DNA of 64,000 nucleotides from Strigamia acuminata (taxonomy: Eukaryota): the NCBI GenBank assembly GCA_949358305.1, contig OX442314.1, positions 744,001 to 808,000 on the forward strand, written 5' to 3'. Shown piece after piece: positions 58,185-64,000 of this stretch (the stretch's first letter is position 1; every line of letters begins with the position of its first letter). The notes below the pieces were generated by a model that saw only the letters and a list, made by a program, of their open reading frames with translations, did no database searches and was not told where the DNA came from. Position numbers and translations under genes: made by a program.

Positions 58185-59890
58185 ATGAACAACGACGGCG
58201 ACGACAATGCGGATTGTCCGTCCACTCCCGGCACGATCGCCGTTGCGCCCGTGTCAGAAGCTGAAAACGACATCACAGAAGTATTTGATCATAAATTAAT
58301 CCAAACTATCAAATAAAATAATTAAAAGGGATTTAATTTAAATATACCGGTAGGAAGTAGCTTTGATCGAAAACAAGCTTCGCGAACTCTATTCGGATTT
58401 CGTAGTAGATCCGAACGAGGTTTACGCGTTGCTGGAACCAGTGAGCGCGAATGCCAACAGGACGGACATCGTGATCGATCGGATGATCGCCAAATGGCAA
58501 AAGGAACCCGAAGAAGAACCACTGAACATTCCGGGGGAACAAAAAGCGGACAAATACGACGAACTGCTGAAGGATGTGGAGGTGGTTAGCAAAGTCGTGC
58601 GGAACAAGAGCCGGGAGGAGATCCTCGCGTATTTGGAGGCGTTCCACGCGAATCCGGACCGAGTACGCATCGTGATCGGCGAGTTGCTCGGAATGAACGG
58701 GCCGGCGCCGTTTCCTGCGGCAAATGACGGTCGGAGCGCCGGGAATGATGGGGCGTCGACTTCGGCCGAATCGATGGCGATGGAGAAAGTGAAATCGATT
58801 TTAGAGGTCTTCCCGGACGCGGATCCCGAATATCTGCGGAAATTCGTCGAGAAATGGGCGGACAATGTGAATCACATCAACGCGACGGTCTACGGGTGGA
58901 TGGACAATCGGAATTATCCGAGGTTGGCGGAAGTTCGACGAGCGGCGACTAAACGCAAAATTGTGGAAAGGTTTTCTTGTTGTTTTATTTATTCGAATAT
59001 TTTTATAATATGTTTTTCTTAATTTTTTTTCCGATTTGTTCCCGGACCCGGATAACTATTTCCAAAACGAAGACAGACCCACGAGTGTATCGTACAGACA
59101 CCACGTCGATCGCTTCCTCCAAAACCGGTTTAAATACGCGTTCCACGCCGATTTGTTGAAAGTGATGCACAGACACAAGTTTCACCTCACGCCGGTCGTG
59201 AAGGAGTTGAATGCCATTTGGAACGTCTCCCCAACAGACGGTAAATTAATTAATCGATTTAATAAATCAATAAGTAATAAACTTAATTGATTGATTCGAT
59301 GAATGCAGAACCGCTAGCCAAGAAGACGAAAAAGACCGTGAGGACAAAGAAGTTTCCGACTCAACGCGTTCCCATGCCGAAAACGATCGACGAACTCTTC
59401 TACAAAGAAAAGTTGTTCATCGAAATGGAAGACAGAATCAAACGTAATTTAAAATTATAAATCATGTCATGTAATTACGTGTGATTCAATTTCTAGAATA
59501 CAAAAAAGACATGGAAGAGCAGCGCCTGACTAAAGTCGAAGTTGCGAAGGCAAACGACGAACTGATGGAGTGCAGTTTGTGCTTCGACGACGAAGTGCTC
59601 TTGGAGGACATGCTGCAGTGCACGGACGGGCACCTGTTCTGCAGTATGTGCGTACGGCGTCAGGCAGAGATGCACATCGGCCTGGGCAAGTACGAGTTCC
59701 CGTGCCTCGACCCGTACTGCAAGAGCGCCTTCCCTCTCGTCGTCTTGCAGGACGTTTTGCCGCCCAACGTGTTCTCCAACGTCGTGCGCAAGATCCAAGA
59801 GGAGGAGATCCGGCGCGCCGACATTCCGGATCTCGAGTCGTGTCCTCACTGCTCCTTCTCTGCCATCATTTCGGACGCGAATCTCAAGAT
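58185..59890 (+). pseudogene. RNF216-like copy G (close paralog of A), disrupted
   Basis: Exons 1, 2 and 4 intact (58185-58280, 58354-58970, 59309-59443). The exon-3 acceptor and first codons are deleted near 59036. Exon 5 is interrupted at ...NLKI| by an LTR element. Confidence 0.85.
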
Positions 59891-62800
59891 TGTGACCGCC
59901 AGGCCACCTAGGTGACCTGCGGCACTGCCACACACCACCGTGCGGCCCCAAAGGTCAACCCCTACGAGGGTAGTTGACCTAGCCCGGGGAGGAGGGAGTA
60001 GAGTAGTGTGGTGAGGAGGGAGTGTTGTGAGAGAGTTGAGTGTGGGACACGGCCTGAGAAGGACATGCCTGCAGCAGCTCCCCGAGAGGAGAAGGTGTTC
60101 ATCTGGGAGGGACAAGCAGTGTCCCGGTTTGACTCTGTACTCCTCACCATTCACCACGATGATACTCAGTACGACGGTTCCCACCGTTGTGCAGCCTCCA
60201 TGAGTGGACGCGTGGGTCGTAGGTGAGTACGACACGAATGTTAAGTCGAACCGACCACGCCACGCATTGGGTTCCCACCCAGTGCGCGGCGGGTCGGTTG
60301 CCGGTGCGGTGTGCCTTCGTGGCACCTCTGCAGCGGGTGACGGGTTTCCCCATACCCCTAGACAACGCAATAAAGGCCAACCAACCAATATTGTGGGAAG
60401 TCTCCGTCATTTACGTGAAGTATGCGTCCCTACCAAGTGTTCTCAGTCCCCTGACTACACTGGAAGAGACCATAGCAGTCACAATTGAGGGCCCTGTCCT
60501 GGATTTGAACTTGTGAAATTTTTTTTTGTCTGCCATTTTGTTTTGCTTTGTGTGCAGACTCTTTGTTACATTGTGGTTGCCGCTTGTTTCAATTTTATTT
60601 TTGTTGCAGGTTGTTTTATTCATTGTTCAGAGTGTTGGTACATTTTTGCTTTATTTTTTGGCGGGGGACAATTGTATTGTTTTTCATTTTCTTATTTTTT
60701 GGATTTTGGGTTAAATGTTTTTCTTTGAGACTGAGGAATTTGGAGGGTGTTTTTGTTTGTCACTTTGAGTCGCGTGAGAGGCTTAGTTGTGAGGGCTGGG
60801 CACTTTTTCATTTGAAGGTCTTGGAATTGTATTTTTCTCAGTGCTGTTGTGGTTGGGGCTCTGGAATTTATTTTCAGACGCGCTGCAACTGACCAAAGCA
60901 CTTTGACGTTTTGTTCCTCTAATTAGCCTGGGGAGTCTTGCTCTCTCCCTTAGGCGGCTACAGGAACAGGCACCATTGTGTATCTTCTTTTGTGTTCTCC
61001 ACCCCTTGTACTTAATTGAACTGCAGTGACCTTGTTTTAAAACCTCAATTTTACTGTTTGTTTGATTTTTGTGCCGGGTTGGGAAACATTTATTTTTCTT
61101 CTGCCACACTTTTTCTCTTGTTTGGGCTGGGTAATGCTCAAGTCTTGGGTTAATTTGTGCAATTTTATATTTTTTTTTGGTTTATTTTTCTTTTGTGTTA
61201 GGTCTGGTTAGTGCTGGATTGAGTTGTCTTTTTTTTATTCATCTCATAAAGGTAATGTCCAGTCAGCACATTAGTTTAATTTCCAATTTTATTTTGTTTG
61301 TTTGGTGATTTCTTTGTGTGTTTGGCTTGGCTTGAGTCTGACCTCGTTTATTCCTATAATTAGCTTGGGGGGACAAGGGTCAACCAGCACACAAGTTGGA
61401 CACCCCCTTATTTTTAATTTTATGATTTTTCTTTTCTTGGTGTGCAACCTATAGAGGTGAGAAACCATTTGTAGGTGCTCAGATGTTGTGGTTTGGAGTG
61501 TTGAATTAGATCTGGTTCATCATTTCAGACACAATTTGAAAGTGGGGTGTGTAGAGGTTGGTTTTCACGAGCCAACAATGTGTTACTCATGACATTCCTG
61601 AGGTTACGCTGACGTAATGAGTGTCTTAGAGGGTCGACACCACACTGGACATTTGGTAGATTAAGTTCTTTTATTTCTCTCTCTGGGTCGGGCGATTTGG
61701 TGCTTTTTCCGAGTGTGTTTTTTGGCGGGAAATGTGTTTGTGGTGTTGTTGTGGTGGGCAGGCATGCTGCTGGGTGCAGTATATCCCAGTTCAGCCCTGT
61801 GCTTCGCCCGGACAGCAATAAACTAATGCGGTATATTTAGGGAAGCGCTGTTCATTACTGGCCAGAGGTACATTCCTGGTTTCAGCGGTTTGATTAATCT
61901 TTTGAATTACAGGCACATGTACTTAAGGAGAGCACACGGAGACTGGGTTTCCAACCCTGTCCCGGGCACTGGTGGAAGCAGTTTGGCGTAATTTTGGCTT
62001 TTTTGTGTTTTTGTGGCCACTTATGGCACATTTTTGTCAATTTCACTGCCTTACTGTCGAAATTGGGTCTCGGACAGCAGGGAGGGCGGCTCTTGCAGGG
62101 GATTGCTGGAGTGTCAAGCCTAACGGTATTTGCTTTCAAACCGCGCGTGGAATGCTTGCAAATACGAATTGGGTGGCTAACAGTTTCAAACGAAGACTGT
62201 GAATCCAGCCCAACATCTTTCAAACTTTTATTTTTTTTCAATGTGCTGTGTGTGGATCCCTTTTCCCAATTTTGTGAAACACACCACATCTTTCTTGTTC
62301 CCTTTTATCCTATTTCTACTCTAATTTCATATCCGGGTTGGAAAGGAGTGAGGCTCCCGGGGATTGGACCTAACTTTCCCTGGCGCTGGACCGTGTTCAG
62401 TTGCAATATTCTCCAATCCGACTCAGGCTCAGTTCGCCAATTTCCCTTCACTCTTAGTCTGAGGCGTCTGAGTCACAATTTTTTGCCTCATCAGGATTAT
62501 CGCGATCTTGATGGTGTTTTGGGTGTGATTTCGGTGCAGGAGCAGGCAATATCGGAGGAATCCTAAAACACGCGATTTTAGCGTTTTCAGCAGAGGTTAA
62601 AACTGGTGGTAGACGTGTACACCAGTGCAAAGGAAAACGTACGACCTTAGCATCGAAGCTGTGGGGCGCGATGAGAAAATGCCACGAAAAATCGATATAC
62701 GCAGTTTTTTCTACTTGGTTCTGGCGCGAATAATTTAGAACACGAAGGGAAAGACGAAGCATGCATTGTTTTGTTAGTTTGGGAGTGTCAGAGATCTTCC

Positions 62801-64000
62801 AGTCGCCCATTTCTATCTTCTGGGGCGTGGATAAATGCCGGAAAGGTGTTCGCTAATTTTTTATTTTGGGGCGTGGATTAAATACCAAAATATAACCGCT
62901 AATTTGATTTTTTGGGGCGCAGAGATGAACCAAAACTTAATGTTTTATTGTTTTTCAATAAAAAGACTTTCATTGTAATTTATCATATTTTATTTTTGAA
63001 GGTACACGGAATGCAGTAACAGGTTGATGACGAGGTCAGGGTCCGACCATTGACCCGCCACTCCTCTGTTTAATCGGTTTTAGCATAAAGGGCATGGACT
63101 CTGTTGAAAGAACAGGACGGCACCCCGGTGCGCGACTTTGGTCTTCACCAGATGCTCAGCGGCCAATTAGCTAAAAATAGAATCGAGGACCCTTGAAGCA
63201 CTGAAAAGCGCTCGAAGGTCCAACACATGGCCAGTGGTCGGACATTCCTTTGAAAGGGATGCTGAGATCTTTTGTAAAATAATTATGGTCGACCTAGTTG
63301 TAGGCGGCTGTAATTGGTCAAGGTACCCCTGACTTTGGTTTGGCTGTAGGAAGTGAAAGTGTCCTTGGATTCCTTCTCACTCCTTGCCTGTGCGTGGTCT
63401 TGACTACACACACTTGGTTACCACTGGTTGCAAAGAAATAGCATCTTATGGCAAGCAAGGATCTCGATTCGGCTTGGGCCAGAGAACTGGCTGTTCTTTG
63501 CGACGTCGATCCATGCGACATTAAGACGCAGGACGATGTCATGAAACTCATTAGGTTATTTCAACGCGAAAAGCAGCTGGCAGCACTCGATGCCGCCGCT
63601 GCACATGGCGAAGCAATTTGGTCAAATTTTGCCGCAGAACAGGCGCGTAAAGCCGCTGTTCGTGCGCAAAATGAGGCCAGCGACATGGCGGAAGCTTGGG
63701 CAAGATCCGCGGTGTCGCAGCAATTGGATTTCAGTAAACGTATCATGGAATTGTCCAGCAGGTCGACGATAACTCGAGCCGCGGCATCGGACGATTCGGA
63801 CGTTGAAAGCGAGCCGGAGGAGGTGGACCTGGTCCCGGAGAGCGGTGTGGTTCAGCCCGCCGAACTCTACGACCGGATCTCGCCACCCCAGCCGCTAGAA
63901 ACGGTTGAGGCGGATGAAGGCGTCGTGACAGACGGCTCACCGCCCGACCGAGTCTGTTTCGTAGGCTTAGCCGTCGGAGCGGTCTGGGATACAGTGAGTG
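59891..64000 (+). mobile_element. LTR retroelement 5' part: LTR 59891-60483, degenerate tRNA-Pro PBS, long non-coding leader
   Basis: TGTGAC...GTCACA termini with an internal AATAAA, followed by TGAGGGCCCTGTCCTGGATTTGAAC (cf. tRNA-Pro complement TGGGGGCTCGTCCGGGATTTGAAC). The second LTR is not in the window, so the right extent is inferred. Confidence 0.65.
63448..64000 (+). CDS. Open-ended ORF (at least 184 aa), probably ORF1/gag-like protein of the element
   Basis: MASKDLDSAWARELAVLCDVDPCDIKTQDDVMKLIRLF... has no stop before the window end (not in the ORF track); helical then acidic/Pro-rich; no diagnostic motif yet. Confidence 0.5.
   Translation, partial: MASKDLDSAWARELAVLCDVDPCDIKTQDDVMKLIRLFQREKQLAALDAAAAHGEAIWSNFAAEQARKAAVRAQNEASDMAEAWARSAVSQQLDFSKRIMELSSRSTITRAAASDDSDVESEPEEVDLVPESGVVQPAELYDRISPPQPLETVEADEGVVTDGSPPDRVCFVGLAVGAVWDTVS

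Noticed and set aside
60486..60510. tRNA gene
   Set aside because: Only about 25 nt complementary to a tRNA-Pro 3' end next to an LTR; this is a PBS, with no cloverleaf.

Overview
Eukaryotic, intron-rich DNA from an invertebrate (probably an arthropod; inferred from the MSP-300-like N-terminus), with GC-rich exons and AT-rich introns whose basal size is about 60 nt. 1-24.9 kb (minus): the 5' part of a giant nesprin-1/MSP-300 gene (two CH domains plus spectrin repeats, about 37 exons, continuing off the left edge). Its introns are expanded by minisatellites, hAT-type MITEs and a ~2.1 kb Polinton/adintovirus-like PolB fragment. 26.4-28.0 kb (plus): a complete six-exon CHP1 gene, divergent from nesprin. 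29.5-34.3 kb and 44.1-48.6 kb: two young full-length Ty3/Gypsy LTR retrotransposons. 34.6-59.9 kb: a tandem/inverted cluster of RNF216 (TRIAD3)-like RBR E3 ligase genes, with two apparently intact copies and at least six broken copies or fragments, nested TIR elements and a small secreted-peptide gene. 59.9-64 kb: a third LTR element inserted into the last RNF216 copy and running off the right edge. Leads most worth checking: (1) unrelated intronic satellites whose unit lengths all sit near multiples of the helical repeat (PATC-like), (2) the RNF216 birth-and-death cluster with different C-terminal tails, (3) a Gypsy element with identical LTRs and an intact ORF but a YADN RT motif, (4) the orphan secreted peptide. 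All calls come from manual reading; no database searches were run.
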